Source: an uncultured Lachnospiraceae bacterium
GTDB taxonomy: Bacteria > Bacillota > Clostridia > Lachnospirales > Lachnospiraceae
Direction of reading: 5' to 3'
DNA length: 34,140 nt
NCBI GenBank assembly: GCA_946413945.1
Contig: CAMKMR010000001.1
Coordinates: 1-34,140, forward strand
In this document: one piece after another, positions 8,450-19,846 of the stretch
How the letters are laid out: each line of letters opens with the position of its first letter
Position numbering within the stretch: position 1 is the stretch's first letter
The notes under the pieces: model-generated
The model's database searches: none
Told to the model about the DNA's origin: nothing
The model's input: only the letters and a program-made list of their open reading frames with translations
Made by a program: the position numbers and the translations under genes

Positions 8450-10441
8450 ATGGATTTTATTCTTCATTCGGAATTTCAGCCTACAGGTGATCAGCCGGAA
8501 GCTATTAAAACACTTGTAGAAGGTTATAAAAAGGGCTTAAAGAAGCAGACTCTCCTGGGTGTTACAGGATCGGGTAAGACTTTTACAATGGCAAATGTGA
8601 TAAAAGCTCTGAATAAGCCTACTCTTATTATTTCCCATAATAAAACCTTGGCGGCCCAGCTTTATGGAGAAATGAAGGCTTTTTTTCCTGAAAATGCAGT
8701 TGAATATTTTGTTTCTTACTATGATTATTATCAGCCGGAAGCTTATGTACCGTCAACAGATACATACATAGCCAAGGATTCTGCTATAAATGACGAGATA
8801 GATAAGCTGCGCCATTCAGCAACTGCAGCACTTATCGAAAGAAAAGATGTGATAGTGGTGGCGTCAGTATCATGTATTTATGGAATAGGTAATCCGGAAG
8901 ATTATAAGAGCATGATGCTGTCACTTAGACCTGGTATGCAGATGGATAGAGATGAACTGATCGGCAGGCTGGTTGATATGCAGTATTCAAGAAATGAACT
9001 GGACTTTAGAAGAAGTACTTTCAGAGTAAAGGGAGACGTTCTTGATATCATACCGGCTAATACAAATGAAGATGCAGTAAGGATAGAATTTTTTGGAGAT
9101 GAGATAGACAGAATATCCGAATTTGATCCGCTTACGGGAGAAGTAAAGAGAAATGTCAACTTTTCATGTATATTCCCAGCATCATTTTATGTAATACCTC
9201 AGAATAAAATGGAAAAAGCTTTGTCCGAGATAGAAACAGAAATGAAGGAAAGAGTGACTTATTTTAAGGCTCATGACAAGCTCCTAGAAGCCCAGAGGAT
9301 TGAAGAAAGAACTCAGTTTGATATAGAAATGTTAAGGGAGACAGGTTTTTGTTCAGGTATAGAGAATTATACCAGGATCCTGGCCGGAGGAAAGCCGGGA
9401 GAGGCTCCTGCTACCCTTATGGATTTCTTTGGAGATGATTATCTTATCATAGTGGATGAATCACATATGACTCTTCCACAGGTAAGGGGAATGTTTGGCG
9501 GTAATAAGGCGAGAAAACAGACCCTTATAGACTATGGCTTCAGACTTCCTTCTGCTATGGATAACAGACCTCTTAATTTTGAAGAATTCGAGGAGAGGGT
9601 AGATAAGATAATGTATGTTTCTGCGACTCCTGCCCAGTATGAGAAGGATCATCAGGAAGGCTATGCTGAACAGGTGATAAGACCAACTGGACTCTTAGAT
9701 CCGGAAATTGAAGTCCGACCTGTAGAAGGGCAGGTGGATGACCTTTATTCTGAAATAAAGAAAGAGACTGATAAGGGCAATAAGGTTCTTGTGACAACGC
9801 TTACAAAGAGAATGGCGGAAGAACTTACTGATTACCTTAGAGGGCTGGATGTTAAGGTTAAATACCTTCATTCTGATATAGATACTCTTGAAAGAACAGA
9901 AATAGTAAGGGACCTTCGAATAGGAGTCTTTGACGTACTTATAGGTATAAACCTTCTTCGTGAAGGAATGGATATACCTGAGATCACCTTAGTAGCAATC
10001 CTCGATGCAGATAAAGAAGGTTTCCTTAGGAATGAAACTTCCCTCGTGCAGACTATAGGAAGAGCGGCGAGAAATGTGGGAGGCCACGTTATCATGTATG
10101 CTGATACAATGACTGATTCTATGAAGGCTGCTATTGGAGAGACTAAGAGAAGAAGAGGAATACAGCAGAGATATAATGAAGAGCATGGCATAACTCCGCA
10201 GACGATTAAAAAGGCAGTCAGAGAACTTATAAGCACCGGGCTTATGGACGAAGGACAAAAGAAGAATGAAAGATATTCTAAGGATCCGGACAGTCTGAGC
10301 AAAAAAGAACTTAAAAAGGAAATTGACCGTCTTACAAAGAAGATGAATCAAGCGGCGGTTGAACTTAATTTTGAATTTGCAGCCAAGCTTCGTGATGAGA
10401 TAAAAGAACTTAAAGAAACACTTAGAGATTTGGGTGATTGA
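8450..10441 (+). CDS. uvrB: excinuclease ABC subunit B
   Basis: [27 protein letters not shown] beta-hairpin, [14 protein letters not shown]-terminal UVR coil. Confidence 0.99.
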   Translation: MDFILHSEFQPTGDQPEAIKTLVEGYKKGLKKQTLLGVTGSGKTFTMANVIKALNKPTLIISHNKTLAAQLYGEMKAFFPENAVEYFVSYYDYYQPEAYVPSTDTYIAKDSAINDEIDKLRHSATAALIERKDVIVVASVSCIYGIGNPEDYKSMMLSLRPGMQMDRDELIGRLVDMQYSRNELDFRRSTFRVKGDVLDIIPANTNEDAVRIEFFGDEIDRISEFDPLTGEVKRNVNFSCIFPASFYVIPQNKMEKALSEIETEMKERVTYFKAHDKLLEAQRIEERTQFDIEMLRETGFCSGIENYTRILAGGKPGEAPATLMDFFGDDYLIIVDESHMTLPQVRGMFGGNKARKQTLIDYGFRLPSAMDNRPLNFEEFEERVDKIMYVSATPAQYEKDHQEGYAEQVIRPTGLLDPEIEVRPVEGQVDDLYSEIKKETDKGNKVLVTTLTKRMAEELTDYLRGLDVKVKYLHSDIDTLERTEIVRDLRIGVFDVLIGINLLREGMDIPEITLVAILDADKEGFLRNETSLVQTIGRAARNVGGHVIMYADTMTDSMKAAIGETKRRRGIQQRYNEEHGITPQTIKKAVRELISTGLMDEGQKKNERYSKDPDSLSKKELKKEIDRLTKKMNQAAVELNFEFAAKLRDEIKELKETLRDLGD

Positions 10442-10442
10442 G

Positions 10443-13274
10443 ATGAGTGATATTAAATATATAACAATAAAAGGGGCGAAGGAACATAACTTAAAAGATG
10501 TGAACTTACAGATCCCTCGCAATAAATTTATAGTATTTACCGGGCTTTCTGGTTCTGGAAAATCTTCTCTGGCTTTCGATACCATTTATGCGGAAGGACA
10601 GAGACGATATGTGGAATCCCTTTCTTCATATGCCAGAATGTTCTTAGGCCAGTCGGATAAGCCGGATGTAGAAAAAATAGAGGGCTTGTCCCCTGCCATA
10701 TCTATAGATCAGAAGTCTACAAACAGAAATCCCCGCTCTACTGTTGGAACGGTTACAGAAATATATGATTATCTCAGACTTCTTTATGCCAGGGTTGGTA
10801 TTCCCCATTGTCCAAAATGCGGCAAGGTTATTGAGAGGCAGACTGTTGACCAGATGGTTGATAAGATAAAGACTCTTCCAGAAAGAACTAAATTTCAGGT
10901 CCTTGCTCCTGTAGTAAGGGGGAGAAAAGGAGAACATGAAAAAGTTCTTAACAATGCCAAAAAGAATGGCTTTGTCAGAGCTATGATCGATGGGGTCATG
11001 TACAGCTTCGATGAAGAGATAAAACTTGATAAAAATAAAAAACATAATATAGATATCGTAATAGACAGATTAGCCATGAAAGAGGACATTGATATCAGGC
11101 TGGCGGGTTCTATAGAGACAGCTCTTAAACTCTCAGATGGCCTTGTTAAGATTGATGTTATCGATAATGAAAGCATGCTTTTTTCGGATAGCTTTTCATG
11201 TCCGGATTGCGGCATCTCTATAGATGAGATAGAACCAAGGAGCTTTTCATTTAACAATCCTTTTGGCGCCTGTCCGGTATGTACAGGTCTGGGATTTAAG
11301 AGGGAATTTGACGCAGATCTTATGATACCTGACAAGAATCTCTCGATAAATGAAGGGGCTATAGCAGTAATGGGCTGGGCTTCAAGTCATGATAAGAAAA
11401 GTTTTGGACATGCGGTTTTTGAGGCTCTAGCAGAAACTTATAAATTCTCGCTGGACACTCCGTTTAAAGATCTTTCAGATGAAGCAAAAGATGTGATTAT
11501 AAATGGTACTCATGGCAAGAATATCAGAATCCATTATAATTCAGACAGGGTTAAGAGATCGACCTTTGTGCATCCGTTTGAGGGACTTGTAAAAAATGTT
11601 CATGACAGATATAGCATGACCAATTCGGAAAATATGAAGGCTGAGTATGAAAGTTATATGACACTTACTCCTTGTGAAGCCTGCCATGGAATGAGACTTA
11701 AACCGGAATCTCTTGCAGTCACAGTTGCGGGAAGGAACATTTACGAAGTGACAGAACTGCCTGTGGGAGAACTTGAAGATTTTATCGCAGGTCTTAATTT
11801 GGATGAAAGACAGAAGATTATTGGAGGACAGATTGTAAATGAAATTCATGCAAGGCTGAAATTTATGGTGGATGTAGGACTTAACTATCTTACTTTAAGC
11901 CGTGCAACTTCAACCCTTTCAGGAGGAGAAGCTCAGCGTATACGTCTTGCCACTCAGATTGGTTCAGGACTTGTGGGAGTTACATATATCCTTGATGAAC
12001 CGTCGATCGGACTTCATCAGAGGGATAATGATAAGCTTATTACTTCATTGAAGAGGCTTAGGGATTTAGGAAATACTCTTATTGTTGTAGAACATGATGA
12101 AGATACGATGAGAGAGGCGGATTATCTTGTGGATATCGGACCGGGAGCTGGAGTAAATGGTGGTGAGATCGTTGCAGCTGGTAAAGTTGAGGACATAGAA
12201 GGCTGTCCTAGATCCATCACAGGAAAATATCTGTCACATGAACTTGAAATAGAGGTTCCTAAGGAAAGAAGAGTGCCTAAGGGTTTTCTTACTATTAAGG
12301 GGGCCAGAGAAAATAACCTGAAGAATGTGGATGTAAGCATTCCTTTAGGAGTATTTACCTGTGTGACAGGAGTATCGGGTTCTGGTAAAAGTTCTCTTGT
12401 TAATGAGATTTTAAAGAAAAGACTTTTAAGAGATCTTAACAGAGCTCGTATCAAACCTGGTAAATGTGACGATATAGTGGGTTATGAAGAACTTGATAAG
12501 GTGATCGATATAGATCAGTCGCCTATCGGCCGTACACCTAGATCAAATCCGGCTACTTATACTGGCGTTTTTGATCATATAAGAGATCTTTTTGCAGCTT
12601 CAAGAGATGCAAAGACTCTTGGTTATTCAAAAGGCAGATTTTCCTTTAATGTGGCAGGTGGAAGGTGTGAAGCCTGCAAGGGCGATGGAATAATAAAGAT
12701 AGAGATGCATTTCCTTCCTGATATTTATGTGCCTTGTGAAGTGTGTCATGGTAAAAGATATAATAGAGAGACCCTGGAAGTAAAATATAAGGGTAAGAAT
12801 ATATTTGAAGTTTTGGATATGACTGTAGATGAAGCGGTTGATTTCTTCGCTAATGTTCCAAGTGTTTATAAGAAAGTTAAGACTTTGCAGGAAGTAGGAT
12901 TGGGTTATATCAAACTTGGACAGCCTTCTACAACTCTTTCCGGAGGTGAGGCCCAGCGTATTAAACTTGCGACAGAACTTTCAAGAAGAAGCACAGGAAG
13001 GACTATTTATATCCTGGATGAACCTACCACAGGTCTTCATTTTGCTGATGTACAGAAGCTTCTTGATATCTTGCAGAGGCTTACTGATGCAGGAAATACA
13101 GTTGTTGTGATTGAGCACAATCTTGATGTGATAAAACAGGCGGATCAGATAATTGATATGGGACCTGAAGGAGGATGCGGCGGCGGAACAGTTGTTGCCA
13201 CAGGAACCCCGGAAGAAGTCGCAAAAGTTAAAAAATCATATACAGGCAAGTATCTTAAAAAATATCTGAAATAA
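10443..13274 (+). CDS. uvrA: excinuclease ABC subunit A (start ATG 10443 preferred over GTG 10434)
   Basis: GAKEHNLK, two Walker A motifs ([16 protein letters not shown]), zinc-finger CxxC pairs, two LSGGEAQR signatures. Confidence 0.99.
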   Translation: MSDIKYITIKGAKEHNLKDVNLQIPRNKFIVFTGLSGSGKSSLAFDTIYAEGQRRYVESLSSYARMFLGQSDKPDVEKIEGLSPAISIDQKSTNRNPRSTVGTVTEIYDYLRLLYARVGIPHCPKCGKVIERQTVDQMVDKIKTLPERTKFQVLAPVVRGRKGEHEKVLNNAKKNGFVRAMIDGVMYSFDEEIKLDKNKKHNIDIVIDRLAMKEDIDIRLAGSIETALKLSDGLVKIDVIDNESMLFSDSFSCPDCGISIDEIEPRSFSFNNPFGACPVCTGLGFKREFDADLMIPDKNLSINEGAIAVMGWASSHDKKSFGHAVFEALAETYKFSLDTPFKDLSDEAKDVIINGTHGKNIRIHYNSDRVKRSTFVHPFEGLVKNVHDRYSMTNSENMKAEYESYMTLTPCEACHGMRLKPESLAVTVAGRNIYEVTELPVGELEDFIAGLNLDERQKIIGGQIVNEIHARLKFMVDVGLNYLTLSRATSTLSGGEAQRIRLATQIGSGLVGVTYILDEPSIGLHQRDNDKLITSLKRLRDLGNTLIVVEHDEDTMREADYLVDIGPGAGVNGGEIVAAGKVEDIEGCPRSITGKYLSHELEIEVPKERRVPKGFLTIKGARENNLKNVDVSIPLGVFTCVTGVSGSGKSSLVNEILKKRLLRDLNRARIKPGKCDDIVGYEELDKVIDIDQSPIGRTPRSNPATYTGVFDHIRDLFAASRDAKTLGYSKGRFSFNVAGGRCEACKGDGIIKIEMHFLPDIYVPCEVCHGKRYNRETLEVKYKGKNIFEVLDMTVDEAVDFFANVPSVYKKVKTLQEVGLGYIKLGQPSTTLSGGEAQRIKLATELSRRSTGRTIYILDEPTTGLHFADVQKLLDILQRLTDAGNTVVVIEHNLDVIKQADQIIDMGPEGGCGGGTVVATGTPEEVAKVKKSYTGKYLKKYLK

Positions 13275-13291
13275 GATTACTAAAGTTATAT

Positions 13292-13331
13292 AAAATTCCA
13301 CATTGCTATTTGGCAATGTGGAATTTTTTTT
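13292..13331 (+). terminator. intrinsic terminator after uvrA
   Basis: 15-bp stem AAAATTCCACATTGC / GCAATGTGGAATTTT plus T run. Confidence 0.9.
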
Positions 13332-13350
13332 AGTTGGAAGTGAAGATTAT

Positions 13351-13560
13351 GTGATGTAGGTATGGTTGATGTGATGTAGGTGTTGTTGGTGTGATGTAGG
13401 TGTTGTTGGTGTGATGTAGGTATGGTTGATGTGATGTAGGTATGGTTGATGTGATGTAGGTGTGGTTGATGTGGTGTAGGTATGGTTGATGTGATGTAGG
13501 TGTTGTTGGTGTGATGTAGGTGTTGTTGATGAGGTGTAGGTATGGTTGATGTGTTGTGGA
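13351..13560. repeat. 20-bp tandem minisatellite, 10 units plus a partial
   Basis: Units GTGATGTAGGTATGGTTGAT (A) and GTGATGTAGGTGTTGTTGGT (B) with minor variants; no spacers. Confidence 0.97.
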
Positions 13561-13835
13561 TGCAGATTATTTTATCGATGAAGATGAGAAGTTAGAGGAT
13601 GCTTGCATTGTAAATGTGGTGACTGGATAGTTTAAAATATGGATGACCGATTTTGACGGAGAGGCGGAGATTTGGACTGGCGGTACTTATTCTATGTGAC
13701 GGATAATACTCGTACTTACCTCAAAGTATGATGAAAACGGTCATAAACTATATATATGCCCTATTAAATGGGGGAAGGCACATGCCTAGCTGTGCAATGT
13801 GCATAAAGAAATTTGAAAAAGTTTGGATATAAAAT

Positions 13836-13867
13836 TGATTGATTATGACCGTTTGTGAGCGTATACT
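13836..13867 (+). promoter_or_regulatory. fru operon promoter with FruR-type operator
   Basis: TTGATT (13839-13844), 17 nt, TATACT (13862-13867), overlapped by three 10-bp phased repeats TGATTGATTA / TGACCGTTTG / TGAGCGTATA resembling DeoR-family FruR sites. Confidence 0.7.
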
Positions 13868-13899
13868 TCAGATATAGCTAAATAAGGAGGTATCACGGA

Positions 13900-14805
13900 A
13901 TGATTTATACGGTCACTTTTAATCCTTCTTTGGATTACATAGTTACTGTTGATAATTTCAGACTGGGACTTACTAATCGTACAACAACGGAGTTGATTCT
14001 TCCGGGTGGAAAGGGAATTAATGTTTCGATTGTCTTATCCAATCTTGGGGTGAAGAATACAGCTTTTTATTTCTCAGCTGGATTTATTGGCGATGAAATC
14101 ACAAGAAGAATAGAGGAAAGTGGTATTAATGCAGATTTCATTCGTGTTGAGGAAGGGAATTCAAGGATCAATCTCAAACTTAAGTCTATTGACGGAACGG
14201 AGATAAATGGTATTGGACCTCATATTACGAAGGAAAATGTTGAAGAACTGATGAGAAAACTGGATCAGGTAACAAGAGGAGATGTGCTTGTACTTGCGGG
14301 CAGCATACCTTCAATGATGCCGGATTCGATCTATAGTGACATAATGCAGAGACTTGAGAACAGAGGCGTAAAGATAGTAGTCGATGCAACCAGAGATCTT
14401 CTTCTTAATGTACTTAAATATAGACCATTCCTGATCAAGCCAAATAATCATGAACTTGGGGAGATTTTTGGTGTTGAGCTTAAGACAAGAGAGAGTGTCG
14501 TGCCTTATGCAAAGAAGTTACAGGAAATGGGAGCTAAGAATGTAGTTGTTTCAATGGCCGGTGAAGGGGCTGTATTGGTAGGATCGGATGGAACAATATC
14601 TATGCTTCCTGCTCCTAAGGGGAAGCTGGTCAACGGTGTTGGTGCAGGAGATTCTATGGTAGCTGGCTTTATAGCTGGCTGGCTTAGGGATGGAAATTTG
14701 GAAAATGCATTTAAATTTGGTATAGCAGCAGGGTCTGCAAGTGCTTTTTCAGAATTTCTTGCTACAAAAGAAGAGGTTGAAAGGGTATATGCAACGATAA
14801 ACTAA
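13900..14805 (+). CDS. fruK: 1-phosphofructokinase (PfkB family)
   Basis: IYTVTFNPSLD, GGKGINVS, IKPNNHEL, VGAGDS. Confidence 0.95.
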   Translation: MIYTVTFNPSLDYIVTVDNFRLGLTNRTTTELILPGGKGINVSIVLSNLGVKNTAFYFSAGFIGDEITRRIEESGINADFIRVEEGNSRINLKLKSIDGTEINGIGPHITKENVEELMRKLDQVTRGDVLVLAGSIPSMMPDSIYSDIMQRLENRGVKIVVDATRDLLLNVLKYRPFLIKPNNHELGEIFGVELKTRESVVPYAKKLQEMGAKNVVVSMAGEGAVLVGSDGTISMLPAPKGKLVNGVGAGDSMVAGFIAGWLRDGNLENAFKFGIAAGSASAFSEFLATKEEVERVYATIN

Positions 14806-14831
14806 AAGATATGAAATAAGGAGGAGAAAAA

Positions 14832-16886
14832 ATGAGGATAACGGATCTTCTTGATGAAAGAAGTATAGACCTTAATGCGCGACCAAAGTCAAAGAACGAA
14901 GCGCTTGATCAGGCTGTAGAACTTATGGCTAAGAGTGGAAAGGTCAAGGATAAAGACGCATATAAGAAACTGGTATATGCAAGAGAGGAAGAAAGCACAA
15001 CAGGTGTTGGTGAAGGTATAGCAATACCTCATGGAAAAGGAGCTTGTGTTTCAAAGCCGGGACTTGCTGCTATGGTTATAAATGATGGAGTTGAATTCCA
15101 GGCTTTAGATGATGAACCGGTTGATCTTCTTTTCCTGATAGCTGCTCCAGATACAAAGGATAATGTACATCTTGATGTTCTTTCGAAACTTTCTATGATG
15201 CTTATGGATGAAGATTTTAGAGATAAGTTAAAAAATGCAAAGTCTCCAAAAGAATTCCTTAAGGTTATAGATGAGGCTGATGAAGAAAGAGCCAGTGTTG
15301 ATGAGAGTCTTAAGGCAGAAAGCACTTCATCTGGAATAAAGATCGTGGCTGTAACATCTTGTCCGACAGGTATAGCTCATACCTACATGGCTGCAGAGGG
15401 GCTTGAAAAAGCTGCAAAGAAAGCTGGAGTTGTTATTAAAGTTGAAACAAGAGGCTCATCAGGTGCAAAGAATGTACTTAGTGATGCTGATATCGAAGAT
15501 GCTGATTGCGTAATCGTTGCGGCGGATGCAAAGGTTCCAATGGGCAGATTTAAAGGAAAGAAGCTTATTCAGAGAAAGGTTGCTGACGGAATCAATAAGG
15601 CAGATGAACTTATAGAGATGGCAATAGCCGGAGACGCATCGGTCTTTAACGGCAGCTCAGAAGAAAGTGAAAAGGAAGAAGCAGAAAAGAAGGGTGGAGC
15701 ACATAATGTATATACCTGGCTTATGGCCGGCGTTTCACACATGCTTCCTCTTGTAGTTGGAGGCGGTATCCTTGTAGCGCTTGCATTCCTGGTCGATACT
15801 ATTGCAGGATATGGTGCGTCGGGAAGTGGAAATTTTGGATCTATCACACCTCTTGCTGCCTTACTTAAATATGTAGGCGGACTTGCAATGGGTCTTATGG
15901 TTCCGGTACTTGCAGGATATATTGCATATGCAATAGCAGACAGACCTGGCCTTGCAGTTGGTTTTGTAGGCGGACTCCTTGCTGCTAACGGAAATGCAGC
16001 TCTGTCAGGTTTTGTATTCAGTGATGGAGCAACTATTTCACTTGATGGAAAAGCTTTAGGGGCTTTCAGCAAGTTCCTTGCTGATCTTGGTTTCCAGCAT
16101 GATGGAGGCGGTGCAACAGTTTCAGGCTTCCTTGGAGGTATCGTAGCGGGATTCCTTGCTGGATTTATCGTTCTTGGATTACAGAAGCTTTGTTCAAAGA
16201 TGCCTGCAGCACTTGATGGTATCAAGCCAATGCTTATCTATCCACTTGTTGGTATGTTCTGCATTGCAGTACTTATGATATTTATATTTAACCCTCTTAT
16301 CGGATGGTTTAATACAGAACTTTCAGAAATGCTTACACAGCTTGGAAAGTCAAATGCACTTTGGGCTTTGGGTCTTGTGCTTGGAGCTATGATGGCTATA
16401 GATATGGGCGGTCCTATCAATAAAGCTGCGTATGTATTTGGTTCAGGTATGCTGGCACAGGCTGCCGGATCTTCGGATCCAAACTTCCAGAAGATAGCAT
16501 ATATTTCTATGGCAGCAGTTATGGTAGGTGGTATGTGTCCTCCTGTTGGTATTGCCCTTGCAAATCTTATCTTCCCTAAGAAGTTTACAAAAGCTGAAAG
16601 AGGAACCACAATCACAAACTTTATCATGGGTGCATCATTTATTACAGAGGGTGCTATTCCATTTGCGGCAGCAGATCCAGGACGTGTAATTCCTTGTACG
16701 CTTGTTGGTTCAGGTGTAGCCGGATTACTTGTTGCAGTATTTGAGTGCACACTTATGGCGCCTCATGGTGGGCTTTTCGTTGTTGCTACAATCGGAAATC
16801 CACTTCTTTATCTTGTGGCGTGGGCTGTTGGATCAGTTATTACAGCAGTCATGCTTGGGATTTTAAAAAAGAATGTTGAAGAGTAA
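14832..16886 (+). CDS. fruA: PTS fructose-family EIIABC
   Basis: IIA GIAIPH, IIB CPTGIAHTYMAAE, IIC GVSHMLP / DMGGPINK / FITEGAIPF. Confidence 0.95.
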   Translation: MRITDLLDERSIDLNARPKSKNEALDQAVELMAKSGKVKDKDAYKKLVYAREEESTTGVGEGIAIPHGKGACVSKPGLAAMVINDGVEFQALDDEPVDLLFLIAAPDTKDNVHLDVLSKLSMMLMDEDFRDKLKNAKSPKEFLKVIDEADEERASVDESLKAESTSSGIKIVAVTSCPTGIAHTYMAAEGLEKAAKKAGVVIKVETRGSSGAKNVLSDADIEDADCVIVAADAKVPMGRFKGKKLIQRKVADGINKADELIEMAIAGDASVFNGSSEESEKEEAEKKGGAHNVYTWLMAGVSHMLPLVVGGGILVALAFLVDTIAGYGASGSGNFGSITPLAALLKYVGGLAMGLMVPVLAGYIAYAIADRPGLAVGFVGGLLAANGNAALSGFVFSDGATISLDGKALGAFSKFLADLGFQHDGGGATVSGFLGGIVAGFLAGFIVLGLQKLCSKMPAALDGIKPMLIYPLVGMFCIAVLMIFIFNPLIGWFNTELSEMLTQLGKSNALWALGLVLGAMMAIDMGGPINKAAYVFGSGMLAQAAGSSDPNFQKIAYISMAAVMVGGMCPPVGIALANLIFPKKFTKAERGTTITNFIMGASFITEGAIPFAAADPGRVIPCTLVGSGVAGLLVAVFECTLMAPHGGLFVVATIGNPLLYLVAWAVGSVITAVMLGILKKNVEE

Positions 16887-16967
16887 TATTAAAGAGTCGC
16901 ATTAAAGCACAATAATAAACTGCAATATTTAAAGCGCGATATTGAATAAAGGAAAGGGACTGATAAT

Positions 16968-17225
16968 ATGATTAGTTTTGAATATGTTATTAAAGATGAA
17001 CATGGAATTCATGCAAGACCAGCTACAGATCTTTTCAAGATGACAAAGAATTATGACTGTACATTTACTGTTACTAAAGGCGATAAGACTGTGCCTTTTA
17101 AAGGGGTAATGGGTGTTATGTCTCTTGGGGCAAAACAGGGAGACGCAGTAACATTTACTTTTGATGGACCTGATGAAGCAGCGGCAAAAGAGGCTTTTGA
17201 AAAGTTCGTATCAGAAAATCTTTAA
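16968..17225 (+). CDS. HPr-family phosphocarrier
   Basis: GIHARPA with His15; MGVMSLG; residue 46 is Gly rather than Ser. Confidence 0.92.
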   Translation: MISFEYVIKDEHGIHARPATDLFKMTKNYDCTFTVTKGDKTVPFKGVMGVMSLGAKQGDAVTFTFDGPDEAAAKEAFEKFVSENL

Positions 17226-17232
17226 ATTATAA

Positions 17233-17269
17233 AGGGCTGGAGCTATGTAACTTCAGCCCTGTTTGTTTT
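17233..17269 (+). terminator. hairpin or weak terminator between HPr and EI genes
   Basis: AGGGCTGGAG / CTTCAGCCCT stem followed by interrupted T tail GTTTGTTTT. Confidence 0.55.
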
Positions 17270-17337
17270 ATAATGGGTGTAATAGCGACATTTTAAAGTA
17301 TGGAACTATGTGCACTTTTTGAGGAAAGGAGAATGAT

Positions 17338-18993
17338 ATGAAGATTTTTAGCGGAAAAGCGGTCTTTGGCGGAGTGGCTATTGGCAGGATCTCGATATAT
17401 AAAAAAGATGAACAACAGGTTAAAAGAATAAAAGTAGCTGATGTAGAGGCGGAAATAAATAGATATCATGAGGCAAAAAATACTGCTATAGAGCAGTTGG
17501 AGAAGCTTCATGAGAAAGCTGTAAAAGAAGTTGGTGAAGCCAGCGCAGAAATTTTTGAGGCTCACCAGATGATGCTTGATGACGGTGACTATATAGATTC
17601 GGTAGAAAATATAATACGTACCCAGGAAGTAAATGCTGAATATGCGGTTGCGATAACAGGGGATAATTTTTCTGAAATGTTTGCAAATATGGATGATGAG
17701 TATTTCAGAGGAAGAGCAGCTGACGTTAAGGATATCTCAGAAAGGGTTGTAAAGATCCTTATGGGAGATGAATCTGGAAGTATTGAATCGGATGAACCGG
17801 TCATTATCGTTGCAGATGATCTTGCCCCATCTGAGACGGTACAGCTGGATAAGGATAAGATCCTTTCTTTTGTCACAGTGCATGGGTCAGCTAATTCGCA
17901 TACAGCTATACTTGCGAAAACTATGAGTATACCGGCTATGATAGGAACGGATATTCCATTAGATGACAGTGTTGATGGAAAGATGGCTATTGTTGATGGA
18001 TTCGAAGGAAAAGTGTATGTTGAACCTGATGAAGACACACTTGAAGCTAAGAAGAAGATCGTCATAGAAGAGCAGAATAAGAAGGCTCTTTTAGAAGAGC
18101 TTAGAGGAAAGGATAATGTGACTCGGGACGGTCAACATATCAACCTCTACGCTAATATAGGAAATTCTAAGGATCTGGCTCTGGTCATGAAAAATGATGC
18201 TAATGGCATCGGTCTTTTTAGATCGGAGTTTATATATCTTGGATCGGATCATTATCCAACAGAGTCTGAACAGTTTGCTATCTATAAGCAGGTGGCAGAA
18301 ACAATGGCTGGTAAGAAGGTTATAATAAGAACTCTGGATATTGGAGCGGATAAGCAGGCGGACTATTTTGAGCTGCCAGAAGAGGAAAATCCTGCTATGG
18401 GTCTTAGAGCGATAAGAATCTGCCTTACAAGGCCAGAAATCTTTAAGACTCAGCTTAGAGCTATACTTCGCGCCAGTGCATTTGGGAAGATATCTATCAT
18501 GTATCCTATGATAATTTCAGTTAATGAAGTTAGAGAGATAAAGGCTATCATGGCTGAGGTCAAAGCAGAACTTGATTCTGAAGGCGTGGCATATGATAAA
18601 GATATTGAAGAAGGAATAATGATAGAGACGCCTGCGGCAGTAATGATTGCAGAGGAACTTGCCAGGGAAGTGGATTTCTTTAGTGTAGGTACGAATGATC
18701 TGACCCAGTATACACTTGCTATAGATCGTCAGAACCAGTCTATGGATAAATTCTATGATCCGCATCATCCGGCTATTGTAAAGATGCTTAAGATCATAAT
18801 TGATAGCGCTCATAAGTATGGTAAATGGGCAGGAATCTGTGGAGAACTCGGGGCGGATCTTAGTCTTACAAAGGAATTTCTTGCAATGGGATTTGATGAG
18901 CTTTCTGTTTCGCCGGGAAGAATCCTTCCGATCAGAAAGATAGTTCTTGAAACAAATGTGGCTGAGTATAAAAAGGAGAAAGGATTGCAGTAA
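17338..18993 (+). CDS. ptsI: PEP-protein phosphotransferase (PTS enzyme I)
   Basis: SHTAILA phospho-His, GIGLFRSE, RTLDIGADK, EENPAMGLR, MIETP, GTNDLTQY, GICGE. Confidence 0.96.
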   Translation: MKIFSGKAVFGGVAIGRISIYKKDEQQVKRIKVADVEAEINRYHEAKNTAIEQLEKLHEKAVKEVGEASAEIFEAHQMMLDDGDYIDSVENIIRTQEVNAEYAVAITGDNFSEMFANMDDEYFRGRAADVKDISERVVKILMGDESGSIESDEPVIIVADDLAPSETVQLDKDKILSFVTVHGSANSHTAILAKTMSIPAMIGTDIPLDDSVDGKMAIVDGFEGKVYVEPDEDTLEAKKKIVIEEQNKKALLEELRGKDNVTRDGQHINLYANIGNSKDLALVMKNDANGIGLFRSEFIYLGSDHYPTESEQFAIYKQVAETMAGKKVIIRTLDIGADKQADYFELPEEENPAMGLRAIRICLTRPEIFKTQLRAILRASAFGKISIMYPMIISVNEVREIKAIMAEVKAELDSEGVAYDKDIEEGIMIETPAAVMIAEELAREVDFFSVGTNDLTQYTLAIDRQNQSMDKFYDPHHPAIVKMLKIIIDSAHKYGKWAGICGELGADLSLTKEFLAMGFDELSVSPGRILPIRKIVLETNVAEYKKEKGLQ

Positions 18994-18995
18994 TT

Positions 18996-19745
18996 ATGCT
19001 ATCTGAAAAACGTAGAAGCGACATACTTAAAATAGTAGGACAGAAAAAAAGCGTTACGATTCAGGAATTAAGAGTTGAACTGGATGCTTCGGAATCAACA
19101 ATAAGAAGAGATATCACAGCCCTTAGCAAAGAAGGGAAACTTATAAAGGTTTTTGGCGGAGCGATAGCTGTTGAAGGTGCGCCATCTTCCAGAGAACTTA
19201 CTGTTGTTCAGAAGGAAACGATTAATAAACAGGAAAAACTCAGAATAGCCAGATATGCAGCATCACTTATAGGACCAGGTGATTATGTGTATATAGATTC
19301 AGGTACTTCTACTGGATATATGCTTGAGTTCATTAAGGAAAAGGATGCTACATATGTTACAAATGCAGTAGCACATGCCAAGACACTGGCTTTAAAGGGA
19401 CTTAAGGTTCTTCTTATTGGTGGAGAACTGAAGGAAACAACAGAAGCAATCGTAGGCGCGGATGCGATACTTCATATTCAGAAGTATCATTTTTCTAAAG
19501 GCTTTTTTGGAACCAATGGAATAAGCGCAAAACTTGGATTTACAACACCTGACGTCAGAGAAGCGCTTATTAAGAGGGTTGCTGTGCAGAATACCCAGCT
19601 TGGACAAAGGTATATTCTTGCAGATTCGGAAAAGTTTGGATTTGTTAGTTCGGTAACATTTGCTGATTTTGATGGGACTGTAACACTTACAGACAGACAG
19701 CCTGATGAGTCATTCTATAAAAAAATGGAAATTCGTGTTGTTTAA
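18996..19745 (+). CDS. fruR: DeoR/GlpR-family repressor of the fructose operon
   Basis: HTH SESTIRRD, YIDSGTS, DSEKFG; operon context. Confidence 0.88.
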   Translation: MLSEKRRSDILKIVGQKKSVTIQELRVELDASESTIRRDITALSKEGKLIKVFGGAIAVEGAPSSRELTVVQKETINKQEKLRIARYAASLIGPGDYVYIDSGTSTGYMLEFIKEKDATYVTNAVAHAKTLALKGLKVLLIGGELKETTEAIVGADAILHIQKYHFSKGFFGTNGISAKLGFTTPDVREALIKRVAVQNTQLGQRYILADSEKFGFVSSVTFADFDGTVTLTDRQPDESFYKKMEIRVV

Positions 19746-19766
19746 TCTTAGGTCATGTAATATAAT
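19738..19766 (+). promoter_or_regulatory. fba promoter
   Basis: TTGTTT (19738-19743), 17 nt, TATAAT (19761-19766). Confidence 0.6.
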
Positions 19767-19846
19767 GGCTATGGTCATAGATGTGCTTAGTAAGTTCATT
19801 TATTGTTAATTATTAAAATGTAAATATATTTACGGAGGTAAAAATA

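Noticed and set aside
13351-13560. CRISPR array
   Set aside because: Units are contiguous with no unique spacers, and there are no cas genes in the window.
13351-13608. Repeat-encoded peptide on the minus strand
   Set aside because: Frames are open only because of base composition; the nearest minus-strand ATG (13608) stops after 13 codons, before the array.
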